31,468 nucleotides of DNA from contig JASEHB010000001.1 of NCBI GenBank assembly GCA_030018745.1, forward strand, positions 1-31,468. The letters are read 5' to 3'. The notes under the pieces are model-generated. The model saw only the letters and a list, made by a program, of their open reading frames with translations, had not been told where the DNA came from and ran no database searches. Position numbers and translations under genes: made by a program. Source of the DNA: Desulfatibacillaceae bacterium. GTDB lineage: Bacteria; Desulfobacterota; Desulfobacteria; Desulfobacterales; Desulfatibacillaceae. Positions within the stretch are counted from its first letter, which is position 1, and the number at the start of each line of letters is the position of its first letter. Positions 17,046-26,421 of the stretch are shown here, in pieces.

Positions 17046-17087
17046 ATATTCCGTGAGCAGAAGAAATTTATAACTGCTTGATATTTT

Positions 17088-17163
17088 TGGTAGTCCCAAC
17101 GGGACTCGAACCCGTGTCTCCGGCGTGAGAGGCCGACATCCTAGACCGCTAGACGATGGGACC
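17088..17163 (-). tRNA. tRNA-Glu, anticodon CUC
   Basis: 76-nt cloverleaf GGTCCCATCGTCTAGCGGTCTAGGATGTCGGCCTCTCACGCCGGAGACACGGGTTCGAGTCCCGTTGGGACTACCA, with TTCGA T-loop and encoded CCA. Confidence 0.97.
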
Positions 17164-17500
17164 ACACAAAAATTGCCGACTGTGTGAAGCCCAAAGCAAG
17201 GGCAAAGACCAGCCGGTGAAAAAGCACCTTATTCAACTTTTCATGGGATTGTCAAACAATTTTGTACAATGCCTTCCTTTTTGGCCCGGCGCAAATGCTG
17301 TCTGCACACAGGGCCGAAATTGTCTTCCGCGCAATTGATGCCAAACTGCGGTCATGCCGAAATTTAATCAAAGAAGGGTCCAATTCCCCGCGGCTTGCTG
17401 TGTTGAGATTGGCACATCCTTTAGTTTTTATACCCCGCAGTTTGCTGCGGGGAGATTCATTCCGGCAACAGCCTTCCGCCGCAGGCAAGGCTTTGGGGCG

Positions 17501-18328
17501 CTATTTGCCTGGCTTGTCAGCCTTTCGCTTTTCCATGCGGGCAACTGCCCTGTCTTTGTCAGGAGCCATTGTTCCCTTTTCAAAAAGAACCCCTTTGAGC
17601 CATTCATGGCCTAGGCGCATAAGGGCGACATCATCGGTCTTTATTGCCTCAAGGGTTTTTTCATCTAAAGGGTTTAATGAAAGGAAGCTGCTTTCCAGAA
17701 CAAAGCGCCGGAAGCGGTCCATATCATAGCTTGCCATGTAAAAGAGCTTTTTGGCGTCTGTGGAAAAGCGGATGTTGGGCGGAAAGGAGCGCTTGCGCAC
17801 CATCAGCTCAATCCAGCCCTCATTTGCAATGTCGTGGGTATCAACCCCCTGGTCCTCGCGCCAGGAGGCCACGGTCCATTCCTTTTGGCATTCAAAACCC
17901 TTGCAGTGGGGTTCCCGCACAAAAAAGTAAAACTGCTCCGAAGCATCCCCCTCCTTGGGCCGAAGAGTGGCGTGGCCAACAGGATAGTAGCGGCAGGCAG
18001 AAGGCCTGTCCTCGTAAATGATGCAGCCTTCCCCCTCGCGCACAAAGGGGCATGACTGCTCCTTGTCATCCAGCAGTCTTAAGGATGGAACAGGAAGATC
18101 CGTTTTCTCCAGAAGCTGAATCTCGGTGTAAATGGCAAGAAACTGCTCGGAATCAAGCCCAAGGCGCTGTTTCATGCGAATCACATCATAGGGGGTGAGC
18201 ACTATGTTTATTCCCCGGCAGCAGCGGGTGAAGCATTCCAGGCCCTTGTGGCAGGAAAACTGGAAACGGCTTTCCAGGGTGAGCTGCTGTGGCTCTATGT
18301 GGGGCATATTGTTGGCTGATTTTTCCAT
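17501..18328 (-). CDS. YkgJ-family cysteine-cluster (CxxCxxCC-type) protein
   Basis: 275 aa. FSCHKGLECFTRCC, CPF..GCIIYEDRPSACRYYP, EPHCKG. Confidence 0.88.
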   Translation of the reverse strand: MEKSANNMPHIEPQQLTLESRFQFSCHKGLECFTRCCRGINIVLTPYDVIRMKQRLGLDSEQFLAIYTEIQLLEKTDLPVPSLRLLDDKEQSCPFVREGEGCIIYEDRPSACRYYPVGHATLRPKEGDASEQFYFFVREPHCKGFECQKEWTVASWREDQGVDTHDIANEGWIELMVRKRSFPPNIRFSTDAKKLFYMASYDMDRFRRFVLESSFLSLNPLDEKTLEAIKTDDVALMRLGHEWLKGVLFEKGTMAPDKDRAVARMEKRKADKPGK

Positions 18329-18407
18329 GAAGACTCCTTGAAAAGGCCCAAAAAGGGCCGTTGGTGCAAAAGGTGGCCATCAATTGGCACGGGCGCGGCA
18401 ACCCTTC

Positions 18408-18436
18408 TTGCCCTTAAAGGCCATTGAGCTTATATT
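18408..18436 (+). promoter_or_regulatory. Putative sigma70 promoter
   Basis: TTGCCC-N17-TATATT upstream of the gene at 18541. Confidence 0.45.
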
Positions 18437-18540
18437 AGTTGCCAAAAGCGGCAGGGCATTGGGCCTGAACGCCTTGAGCGCCCTGCAAGGGCTGCATCCT
18501 GTCCGCTATGGGTCATCCCCCCACAAGCAAGGAGAAAACC

Positions 18541-18927
18541 ATGAGCACCTTGAAGGACTATTTTGAAAAGGTCAAGGGCAAGGGCGTGCTTTGCACTTCA
18601 GGAAAGGGCGGCTCGGTCAATGCCGCTGTTTTTGCAACGCCCCATTTTATGGAGGACGGCTCCCTTGCCTTTATCATGCCAGAGCGCATGACCTATGCAA
18701 ATCTTGTTGAAAACCCCCATGCCCACTACCTTTTTATGGAGCAGGGCGCAGGTTACAGGGGCAAAAGGCTTTATCTTAAAAAAATCGGCCGGGAAACCGA
18801 TACAGAACGCCTCTATTCTCTGCGCCGCCGCCAGCACCCGGACAAGGACAGGCCCAAAACAACCCGCCACCTTGTATTTTTTTCCCTGGAAAAGGAGCTG
18901 CCTTTAATCGGAACCGGGGATGAGTGA
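18541..18927 (+). CDS. Pyridoxamine 5'-phosphate oxidase-like FMN-binding protein
   Basis: SD AAGGAG before ATG 18541; 128 aa. GVLCTS..G.VNAAVFATPH, TYANLVENPHA, GKRLYLK. Confidence 0.85.
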   Translation: MSTLKDYFEKVKGKGVLCTSGKGGSVNAAVFATPHFMEDGSLAFIMPERMTYANLVENPHAHYLFMEQGAGYRGKRLYLKKIGRETDTERLYSLRRRQHPDKDRPKTTRHLVFFSLEKELPLIGTGDE

Positions 18928-18983
18928 CCGCTTGATGTTAAAATAAGAATGGTATTTGCCTTTTCAACAGGCAGCCAAAAAAC

Positions 18984-19034
18984 AAAAAGCAGGGGGAGCG
19001 GCCTGTTAAAAGCCTTCCCCCCTGCCGGTTTTTT
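18984..19034. terminator. Bidirectional terminator between convergent genes
   Basis: A-tract, then GCAGGGGGAGCGGC...GCCTTCCCCCCTGC, then T-tract. Confidence 0.6.
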
Positions 19035-19043
19035 CCGCAAAGA

Positions 19044-19451
19044 TTAAGCGGCCGTTACGGAAATTTTCCTTGGCTGGGCCTTGGCCACCTTGGGAAGAAC
19101 AAGGCGCATGACCCCGTTTGACATGGAAGCCTCGATTTTGGCCTGGTCAATGGAATCGGCCAGGGTGAACTGACGGAAATACTTGCCTGTCTCAAACTCG
19201 CTGACAACAGCCATCTCATTGTCAGCTTCCGCATCACCTGTAAGGCCTTCAAGGGTAAGGATGTTGTCGGCAAGGCCTATGTTAAGGTCCTTGGCTGCAA
19301 CACCGGGCATATCCGCCAGGATGACTATCTCGTTTTCCTTTTCAAGAATGTCCACTTCAGGGGTGAAGGTCCGGCCTGGACGGGTGGTTTCCGCTCCGGT
19401 AACCTCCTGCTTTTCCCTGGCAACCATGCTCTGTTTCTCCTTTTTGTCCAT
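19044..19451 (-). CDS. Hsp20/alpha-crystallin small heat-shock protein
   Basis: 135 aa, SD GGAGG. FTPEVDI, ADMPGV, YFRQFTL, ASMSNGVMRLVLPK. Confidence 0.93.
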   Translation of the reverse strand: MDKKEKQSMVAREKQEVTGAETTRPGRTFTPEVDILEKENEIVILADMPGVAAKDLNIGLADNILTLEGLTGDAEADNEMAVVSEFETGKYFRQFTLADSIDQAKIEASMSNGVMRLVLPKVAKAQPRKISVTAA

Positions 19452-19501
19452 AGCGCACCTCCTTTTGAACTTTCTGCAATTTCAAGCCGTTTTCTTGGCT
19501 G

Positions 19502-19957
19502 TTAGGCTGTCTTCACCTTAATCTGCCTGGGCTTGGCTGCCTCGGACTTGGGCAGGGTAACCGTGAGCACGCCGTTGACGCTCCTGGCGGATACCTTTTC
19601 CGTGTCCACATCGCCGGGCAGGGTTATCATGCGGGAGAAAGCCCCTGCCTTGCGCTCCCGGCGGTGATAGCTTGCGCCCTCCTCATCGGGTATTGCCCTC
19701 TGTCCGGAAATGGAGAGGGTGTTGCCGGTGATGGAGATGTCAATCTGATCTGCGCCAAGCCCCGGAAGCTCTGCACGCACAAAAAAGGCGTCCGGAGATT
19801 CGGTGACATTGGCAAGGGGAAAAACCCCTGAAACCGGAGCCCAGCCAAAAAGCTGCCCGCGCTCGCCCATCAGCCCGTCAAGCTGGCGGCTCAAGCGCTC
19901 AAGCTGCGAAAGTGGGTTGCCTGTCCCTGACCACGGGAAAAAGGTTCTTGTAATCAT
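19502..19957 (-). CDS. Hsp20/alpha-crystallin small heat-shock protein
   Basis: 151 aa, SD AAGGAGG. FPLANV, AELPG, HRRERKAGAFSRMITLP, NGVLTVTLPK. Confidence 0.93.
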   Translation of the reverse strand: MITRTFFPWSGTGNPLSQLERLSRQLDGLMGERGQLFGWAPVSGVFPLANVTESPDAFFVRAELPGLGADQIDISITGNTLSISGQRAIPDEEGASYHRRERKAGAFSRMITLPGDVDTEKVSARSVNGVLTVTLPKSEAAKPRQIKVKTA

Positions 19958-20041
19958 TTTGCTTTCCTCCTTGTTTCCGTTTTTGTCTCACTGCCTGCAA
20001 AACAGGCGCTTGTTTTGACTTACAGATAAACTCTCGCCGTT

Positions 20042-20078
20042 CTTCCTGTTATCCATTTATTTAATGGATAACAGGAAG
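20042..20078. repeat. Perfect 16-bp inverted repeat in hsp20 leader
   Basis: CTTCCTGTTATCCATT-TATTT-AATGGATAACAGGAAG. Confidence 0.9.
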
Positions 20079-20097
20079 TTATCTTGCTTTTGAGCAA

Positions 20098-20125
20098 AAT
20101 TTAATACCCCTTTTCGCCTTGTCAA
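20098..20125 (-). promoter_or_regulatory. Putative sigma70 promoter of hsp20 operon
   Basis: Minus strand TTGACA-N16-TAAATT. Palindrome TTGCT-N4-AGCAA (20084-20097) lies at the predicted start site. Confidence 0.5.
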
Positions 20126-20382
20126 GGGCTTGCGAACCCCGGAAAAGGGCCTGCTTTAGCTTCTGCAAAAAGGTTCTTGAGGTATTTTGCACCGGCACGG
20201 GCAAGAAAAGAGGTTGACGAAAAGTGGTTTATGGACAATAAATTATGGTTCTTTTACTGTGCAAAGTTTTGGGCTGCTGTTTGCCTGCAAGCTCTGCACA
20301 TTAAAAGCAGGGCTGATAAACAAAAAAACCATCGGCGCGCCATGCGCCTTTATTGCAAACATTAAAAAAGGAGAATTCAATC

Positions 20383-21291
20383 ATGTCAGCAAAACTTATT
20401 CTGGGAACGGAAATCCGCGAGCAGATTCTTGAGGAAATCACCCAGGAAGTGGCCCAAATCAAGGAAAAACACGGCAAGGTTCCCGGTCTTGTGACAATCC
20501 TGGTGGGTGCAAATCCGGCATCCATGAGCTATGTGACCTTGAAGATTCAGACTGCTCACAGGGTGGGCTTCCACGAGGTTCAGGACAGCCAGCCCGACAC
20601 CATCAGCGAAGCGGATCTTCTGGCGCTCATAGACAAATACAACAAGGACGAAAACATCAACGGCATTCTTGTTCAGCTTCCCCTGCCCAAGCACATTGAC
20701 GAGAAGAAGGTGCTCAATGCCATTGACCCGGACAAGGATGTGGACGGCTTTCACCCTGTCAATGTGGGCCGCCTGATGATTGGCGGAAACGAAGTGAAGT
20801 TTGCCCCCTGCACGCCGGCTGGCATTCAGGAGATGATTGTGCGGGCAGGCGTGGAAACCAAAGGCGCGGAAGTTGTGGTTGTGGGCCGCAGCAACATTGT
20901 GGGCAAGCCCATTGCAATAATGATGGTGCAAAAAGGCCGCGGCGCCAACTCCACGGTTACGGTTGTTCATACCGGCACAAAGGACCTGGCCTCCCACTGC
21001 AAGCGGGCCGATATCCTCATTGTGGCGGCAGGCGTGCCGGAGCTGGTGAAGCCCGAATGGATCAAGCCCGGCGCCTGCGTCATTGATGTTGGCGTAAACC
21101 GCGTTGGCGAAAAGGTCTCCGAGAAGACCGGCAAGAAGGTGGCCATCCTGCGCGGAGATGTTGACTTTGAGAAGGCCAAGGAAATCGCCGGCTACATCAC
21201 CCCTGTTCCCGGCGGTGTCGGCCCCATGACCATCACCATGCTCATGCTCAACACCTTGAGGTCCTTGAAGTACAAGCTGGGCCTCATGTAG
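20383..21291 (+). CDS. folD: Bifunctional methylene-THF dehydrogenase / methenyl-THF cyclohydrolase
   Basis: SD AAGGAG, ATG 20383; 302 aa. YVTLK, GILVQLPLP, KDVDGFHP, PCTPAG, VGRSNIVGKP, TPVPGGVGPMT. Confidence 0.97.
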   Translation: MSAKLILGTEIREQILEEITQEVAQIKEKHGKVPGLVTILVGANPASMSYVTLKIQTAHRVGFHEVQDSQPDTISEADLLALIDKYNKDENINGILVQLPLPKHIDEKKVLNAIDPDKDVDGFHPVNVGRLMIGGNEVKFAPCTPAGIQEMIVRAGVETKGAEVVVVGRSNIVGKPIAIMMVQKGRGANSTVTVVHTGTKDLASHCKRADILIVAAGVPELVKPEWIKPGACVIDVGVNRVGEKVSEKTGKKVAILRGDVDFEKAKEIAGYITPVPGGVGPMTITMLMLNTLRSLKYKLGLM

Positions 21292-21342
21292 GAGCAAGCC
21301 TGGCCGGTTTGCAACAAAGAGCCGGGCTTTGTAACGGTAAAA

Positions 21343-21382
21343 TGCGGGGAAAGCCTTAAAGGAACAAAAGGTTTTCCCCGCA
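21343..21382 (+). terminator. Hairpin downstream of folD
   Basis: TGCGGGGAAAGCCTT / AAGGTTTTCCCCGCA, 15-bp stem with one G-U and a 10-nt loop. No strong U-tract. Confidence 0.5.
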
Positions 21383-21489
21383 ATGCTTCATGGCGGCAGG
21401 CCGCCGTATAAAGAGGCTGTTTGGTGAAAGGCTGCCGGGTTGCCTTATGGGTATGGACCCTTGCCGCCAACCAGCCAGAGGCTTAAAAA

Positions 21490-21867
21490 ATGATAGAGCT
21501 TGATTTTGAAAAGCAAAATGGCCTTTTGCCAGCCATTGTTCAGGATGCAGACACTGGCGAGGTGCTGATGCTGGCCTACATGAACCGCCAGGCATTTGAA
21601 CACACCTGCAAAACCGGCCTTGCAACCTATTGGAGCCGCTCAAGAAACGAGCTGTGGATAAAGGGCAAAACTTCGGGCAATGTGCAGAAGGTCCGCCAGA
21701 TTCGCATTGACTGCGACAAGGACACTCTTTTGCTCAAGGTTACCCAGGTGGGGGATGCTGCCTGCCACACGGGCCACAGAAGCTGCTTTCACCTTGTTGT
21801 TGAGGGCAGCGAACTGGTTGTGTGCGGCAAACCCCTGTTTGATCCGGAAAAGGTCTATAAAAAATGA
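21490..21867 (+). CDS. hisI: Phosphoribosyl-AMP cyclohydrolase
   Basis: 125 aa. [44 protein letters not shown]. Confidence 0.96.
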   Translation: MIELDFEKQNGLLPAIVQDADTGEVLMLAYMNRQAFEHTCKTGLATYWSRSRNELWIKGKTSGNVQKVRQIRIDCDKDTLLLKVTQVGDAACHTGHRSCFHLVVEGSELVVCGKPLFDPEKVYKK

Positions 21868-22763
21868 ATGAAAAGCTTAAACTGGGCATTCCCAAGGGAA
21901 GCCTTCAGGATGCAACCATCGCCCTTTTCAAGCGCAGCGGCTGGCGCATTTCCGTTGCCAACCGCAGCTATTTTCCTGAAATTGACGACCCTGACATAGA
22001 TTGCGCCATCTGCCGCGCCCAGGAGATGAGCAACTATGTGGCGGACGGAACCCTGGATGCGGGCCTCACAGGCAAGGACTGGATTGCGGAAAACAATTCG
22101 GTTGTCCATGTGGTCTGCGACTTGGTTTACTCCAAGGTAAGCTCGCGGCCCGCCCGCTGGGTTCTCGCCGTGGCGCATGACAGCCCGGTGAAAAAAATTG
22201 AGGACCTTGCAGGCAAGAAAATCGCCACGGAGCTTGTCAACTTCACAAGGCGCTACTTTGAGGAAAGAAACATTCCTGTGACTGTAGAGTTCTCCTGGGG
22301 CGCAACAGAGGCCAAGGTGGTCTCCGGCCTGGCGGACGCCATTGTGGAGGTCACGGAAACCGAAAGCACCATCCGTGCCCACAGCCTGCGCATTCTTGAA
22401 GTGATGATGGTCACCAACACCCAGCTCATAGCCAACAAGAAGGCCTGGGAAAATCCAATAAAGCGCGCCAAGCTCCAGCAGCTTGCCCTGCTTCTTAAAG
22501 GCGCACTGGATGCGGAAAAGCGCGTGGGACTCAAGATGAATGTGCCAAAGGACAGGCTTGAATCCGTCATGGAGGTTCTGCCCAGCCTGGATGCGCCCAC
22601 AGTGGCCTCCCTGTACAAGTCTGATATGCTCTCTGTTGAAACGGTTGTCAGCGTTTCGGCAGTACGGGATCTCCTCCCAAAGCTTCTGGAAAGGGGCGCA
22701 AGGGGCATAATCGAGTTTTCCTTAAACAAGCTTATCGGCCCGGACAACGGGGCCGGGTTCTAG
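21864..22763 (+). CDS. hisG: ATP phosphoribosyltransferase, long form
   Basis: 299 aa. [34 protein letters not shown], plus C-terminal regulatory domain ([10 protein letters not shown]). ATGA overlap with hisI. Confidence 0.96.
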   Translation: MNEKLKLGIPKGSLQDATIALFKRSGWRISVANRSYFPEIDDPDIDCAICRAQEMSNYVADGTLDAGLTGKDWIAENNSVVHVVCDLVYSKVSSRPARWVLAVAHDSPVKKIEDLAGKKIATELVNFTRRYFEERNIPVTVEFSWGATEAKVVSGLADAIVEVTETESTIRAHSLRILEVMMVTNTQLIANKKAWENPIKRAKLQQLALLLKGALDAEKRVGLKMNVPKDRLESVMEVLPSLDAPTVASLYKSDMLSVETVVSVSAVRDLLPKLLERGARGIIEFSLNKLIGPDNGAGF

Positions 22764-22788
22764 ACATTTAAACAGGTTGGGCAGCTTC

Positions 22789-23940
22789 ATGGAACAAAAA
22801 AGAGCAAGCGAAAAGGTAAGCTCCATCAAGCCCTTTATTGTGATGGATGTGCTTGAGCGGGCCAAGGAGATGGAGCGCCAGGGCCAGGAAATCATCCACC
22901 TTGAGGTGGGCGAGCCTGACTTTGACACGCCCCAGGTGATTGTGGAGGCAGGCATAGCGGCCCTCAAGCAGGGCCATACCCACTACACCCACAGCATGGG
23001 GCTTCTTCAACTGCGCCAGGCAATATGCAGCCACTACAAAAAAACCTATTCCGTGAGCGTGGAGCCTGACCAGGTCATTGTAACCAGCGGGACTTCTCCG
23101 GCCATATTCATGATTTTTGCAGCCCTGCTGCGGCCCGGAGACGAGGTCATCATCTCGGACCCCCACTATGCCTGCTATCCCAACTTCATTGAGTTTGCAG
23201 GGGGAAAACCTGTGCGGGTGGAGGTGTATGAGGAAGATGCCTTCAATTTCCGCCAGGAAAAGGTGGCCCAAAAAATAACGGAGAAGACTCGCGCCATCTT
23301 CATCAACTCCCCGGCCAACCCCACAGGCACCCTGCTTTCGGCAGACTGCATGAAAGAGCTTGCGGGGCTAGGGCCTATGGTGGTTTCAGATGAGATTTAC
23401 CACGGCCTTGTTTACGAGGGCAAAGAGCACTCCATACTGGAGTTCACTGATGACGCCTTTGTGCTTAACGGCTTTTCCAAGGCCTATGCCATGACGGGCT
23501 GGCGGCTGGGATACCTCATCTGCCCTAAAGATTTTGTGCGGCCATTACAGAAGCTGCACCAGAACTTTTTTATATGCGCCTGTGCAATGGCCCAGATGGC
23601 AGGCATTGCAGCCCTGGAAAAAGCCGGGCCTGCCGTGGAGAAGATGCGCTCCATTTACAACGAGCGCCGCAGGTACATGATAGGCCGCTTGAAGGGCATG
23701 GGCTTTGGCATTTCCGTTGAGCCTACAGGCGCATTCTATGTGTTTGCCAATGCCAAAAAATTTTGCTCGGACAGCTATGCCTTTGCCTTTGATATTCTGG
23801 AAAACGCAAGGGTGGGGGTGACCCCTGGGGTGGATTTTGGCAAAAACGGCGAGGGCTATATCCGCTTTTGCTATGCCAACTCATTGGAAAATATTGAAAA
23901 AGGCATGGATCGCCTGGAAAGCTTTGTGAAAAGCCTCTAA
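22789..23940 (+). CDS. Class I/II PLP-dependent aminotransferase (aspartate aminotransferase-like)
   Basis: 383 aa from ATG 22789. LEVGEPDF, NSPANPTG, SDEIYH, NGFSKAYAMTGWRLG (PLP Lys). Confidence 0.93.
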   Translation: MEQKRASEKVSSIKPFIVMDVLERAKEMERQGQEIIHLEVGEPDFDTPQVIVEAGIAALKQGHTHYTHSMGLLQLRQAICSHYKKTYSVSVEPDQVIVTSGTSPAIFMIFAALLRPGDEVIISDPHYACYPNFIEFAGGKPVRVEVYEEDAFNFRQEKVAQKITEKTRAIFINSPANPTGTLLSADCMKELAGLGPMVVSDEIYHGLVYEGKEHSILEFTDDAFVLNGFSKAYAMTGWRLGYLICPKDFVRPLQKLHQNFFICACAMAQMAGIAALEKAGPAVEKMRSIYNERRRYMIGRLKGMGFGISVEPTGAFYVFANAKKFCSDSYAFAFDILENARVGVTPGVDFGKNGEGYIRFCYANSLENIEKGMDRLESFVKSL

Positions 23941-24020
23941 CCTTTGCGGTAATTGCAAAACACAAATAATTACAGGGTGTTGCAGATGGCTCCTTTCATC
24001 AGCTTTCTTCAGGAGCAGGA

Positions 24021-24617
24021 ATGATTATTAAAAGCGCCGAATTTGTCACAAGTGCAGGCAGGCCAGGGGAATACCCCCCGGCAAGTCTGCCGGAAATAGC
24101 TTTTGCCGGGCGCTCCAATGCAGGCAAGTCTTCGCTGGCCAATACCCTGCTCAAAAGAAAAAGCCTTTTCAAGACCTCGTCCAAGCCAGGCCTCACCCGG
24201 CGCATAAACTTTTTTATAATCAATGAGGCGCTTTACTTTGTGGACCTGCCAGGATACGGCTATGCCAAGGTCAGTAAAACCGAGCGGGCCAAGTGGGGCC
24301 CCATGATAGAAACCTACCTGTCAAACCGGGCCACCCTGGCCGCTGTAGTGCTTGTGCTTGATGTAAGAAGGCTGCCCGGAGTTTGGGAAACCGAGCTTTT
24401 GGCCTGGCTTGCCTTTCACGGCAAACGCTGCATAGTGGCAGCCACAAAGGCTGATAAGCTTTCGGCCAACAAGGCGGCTGCCGGGCGGGCTTCAATTGCC
24501 AGGGCCTTGAGCCTGCCTGTAGATGAGGTTACTTTGTTTTCGGCAAAAACAGGGCTTGGCAGGGAGGCCCTGTGGAATGAAATCACCCTGTCCACAGAGC
24601 TTGATATCCATGACTGA
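24021..24617 (+). CDS. engB: Ribosome biogenesis GTP-binding protein YihA/YsxC (EngB)
   Basis: 198 aa. FAGRSNAGKSS, SSKPGLT, VDLPGYGYAKVS, TKADK. Confidence 0.96.
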   Translation: MIIKSAEFVTSAGRPGEYPPASLPEIAFAGRSNAGKSSLANTLLKRKSLFKTSSKPGLTRRINFFIINEALYFVDLPGYGYAKVSKTERAKWGPMIETYLSNRATLAAVVLVLDVRRLPGVWETELLAWLAFHGKRCIVAATKADKLSANKAAAGRASIARALSLPVDEVTLFSAKTGLGREALWNEITLSTELDIHD

Positions 24618-25524
24618 AAGCATAGACCAACCTTTTTTTTCGGGCTTTGCAGCCCTTGTGGGTGCGCCCAATGTGGGCAAGTCAACCCTCACAAACCGCC
24701 TGCTGGGCGAAAAGGTGAGTATTGTCTCGCGAAAGCCCCAGACCACCCGCAACAGGATTCTTGGCATAGTCCACAGGCCAAATTCCCAGATAGTTCTTGT
24801 GGATACCCCCGGCGTCCACCAGGCCAAAGGGCTTTTAAACCGCTTCATGGTGGACACGGCTCTATCAGCCCTGGCGGATGTGGACATTGTATTGTTCATA
24901 GTGGATGCCGCCAAGCCCGACCCGGAAGCCGAGTCTGCCGTGACCTGCGCCCTGGAAAAACGATCCGTCCCCGTTTTTCTGGTGTTAAACAAGATAGACC
25001 TGGTGGAAAAGGAAGCCCTTTTGCCCCTGATGGAAAAATGGGCCTCTGTGCGGAGCTTTGATGAGGTCATTCCCATTTCCGCAAAAACCGGCACCCAGGT
25101 GGACCTTCTTCTTGATCTGATTGAAAAGCGCCTGCCAGCAGGCCCGCCTTATTTCCCGCCGGATCAGCTCACCGATGCGCCGGAGCGTTTTCTGGCAGCC
25201 GAAATGATAAGGGAGCAGGTCTTTGCCCAGACCGGCCAGGAGATTCCTTATATAACCGCCGTGACCGTGGAGGAATATAAGGAGCAACAATCTCCGCCCC
25301 TTGTACGGATTTCCGCTGTAATCCATGTGGAGCGCGAATCACAAAAGGGCATACTCATCGGCAAAAAGGGCGCAGGCCTCAAAAGAATAGGCACGGCGGC
25401 CCGCCTGGAGCTTGAAAAGGCCCTGGACACAAAGGTCTTTTTATCCCTTTTTGTGAGGGTGGAAAAAAACTGGTCCAAAGACCCAAAGGCCATGCGGCGA
25501 TTGGGATATGACACAGCCCGGTAA
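24610..25524 (+). CDS. era: GTPase Era
   Basis: ATG 24610; 304 aa. GAPNVGKST, KPQTTR, DTPG, NKID, and a KH domain with ERESQKGILIGKKG. Confidence 0.97.
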   Translation: MTESIDQPFFSGFAALVGAPNVGKSTLTNRLLGEKVSIVSRKPQTTRNRILGIVHRPNSQIVLVDTPGVHQAKGLLNRFMVDTALSALADVDIVLFIVDAAKPDPEAESAVTCALEKRSVPVFLVLNKIDLVEKEALLPLMEKWASVRSFDEVIPISAKTGTQVDLLLDLIEKRLPAGPPYFPPDQLTDAPERFLAAEMIREQVFAQTGQEIPYITAVTVEEYKEQQSPPLVRISAVIHVERESQKGILIGKKGAGLKRIGTAARLELEKALDTKVFLSLFVRVEKNWSKDPKAMRRLGYDTAR

Positions 25525-26386
25525 AAGAGCGTCAACCTTGCAGCAAAACGGGATTCTTTCCTTTAATCCGGTATTTGTGGGAGACAAAAACCTGCTCTGC
25601 GCAGGCCGCAGGCCGGGGCCGGATGATTTGTCCGCCATGAAAAAGGCCTGGGCCGTTATTCTGGGCCAGGGTTGCCCGCAAGAGCTTTATCAGATGGCGC
25701 GGGCGGCTTCGCCACGGGTTTTTCCCAATTATGACAGCAGGTTTGACTTTCCAGGCAAAACCGGCCAGGCAGGTCTGTTTTTAAAATACAATGCCCCCTT
25801 TCCCAAAAGCCTTGTTTTTAAAAGAGCGGCGGACTGCCGCAAAGGCCTGGATAAAGATGTCGGCAACCTTCCCTTTGCCCTGCCCTTTGTGTTCAAGTAT
25901 GATTGGGGAGGTGAGGGCCAGACGGTTTTTCTTTTGCACAGCATTGATGAGCTGAAAGAAAGGCTTGAGGAGGCAGAGCGCTTTGAGGCAGCAGGCCAGA
26001 GCGGCTTTCTGCTTCAGGAGTTTGTGCCATGCAATAACCACAGCCTGCGGGTTGTGGTGGCCCACGATGAGCTTGTGGCATACTGGCGAAAAGGCCCGCC
26101 GGGCAAACCCATAATGGGCGGCCTTTGCCAGGGTGCGATCTTGGATAAGGAGTCGGACCCGCACCTGATGGAGGCAGGCAAGGAGATGGTGGCTGATTTT
26201 TGTGGTAAAACGCTCATCAACCTTGCCGGATTCGATCTGCTTTTTGACGAAAGGCAAAAAGGCCCTGCCCCGCTTTTTCTGGAAATAAACTGGTTTTTCG
26301 GGCGCAGGGGGCTTGGCGGGTCCGATGCCTATTATAAGCTTTTAAACAGAGCCATTGACCGATGGCTGAAAGATCTTAAGAATTAA
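25508..26386 (+). CDS. RimK-like ATP-grasp protein
   Basis: 292 aa. PFVFKYDWGGEGQTVFL, FLLQEFVP, LRVVV, AGFDLL, FLEINWFFG. Overlaps the end of era by 17 bp. Confidence 0.78.
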   Translation: MTQPGKRASTLQQNGILSFNPVFVGDKNLLCAGRRPGPDDLSAMKKAWAVILGQGCPQELYQMARAASPRVFPNYDSRFDFPGKTGQAGLFLKYNAPFPKSLVFKRAADCRKGLDKDVGNLPFALPFVFKYDWGGEGQTVFLLHSIDELKERLEEAERFEAAGQSGFLLQEFVPCNNHSLRVVVAHDELVAYWRKGPPGKPIMGGLCQGAILDKESDPHLMEAGKEMVADFCGKTLINLAGFDLLFDERQKGPAPLFLEINWFFGRRGLGGSDAYYKLLNRAIDRWLKDLKN

Positions 26387-26421
26387 AAATCCGCCCTGAA
26401 AAAAAACTGCAACAGGAAAAC

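Noticed and set aside
16968-17081. 37-aa + strand ORF next to the tRNA 3' end
   Set aside because: It spans the terminator hairpin, and its repeated peptide simply reflects the DNA repeat.
16800-17500. tRNA-Glu as an integration site of a genomic island
   Set aside because: No integrase, no duplicated tRNA 3' end in the window, and housekeeping-type genes on both sides.
18385-18400. sigma54-like TGGCACGGGCGCGGCA
   Set aside because: GG-N10-GC spacing holds, but CG replaces TT before the -12 GC. The context is GC-rich, and a reasonable sigma70 promoter lies just downstream.
20049-20071. DnaA-box-like TTATCCATT in both arms of the hsp20 inverted repeat
   Set aside because: Two mismatches to TTATCCACA, only one pair, and no origin-type gene context or DUE.
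20386-21297. 303-aa antisense ORF over folD
   Set aside because: In-register shadow of a strongly codon-biased gene; no recognisable motifs.
20130-21489. ZTP/THF riboswitch before folD and His attenuator before hisI
   Set aside because: I could not find the conserved riboswitch motifs or a His-codon-rich leader peptide.
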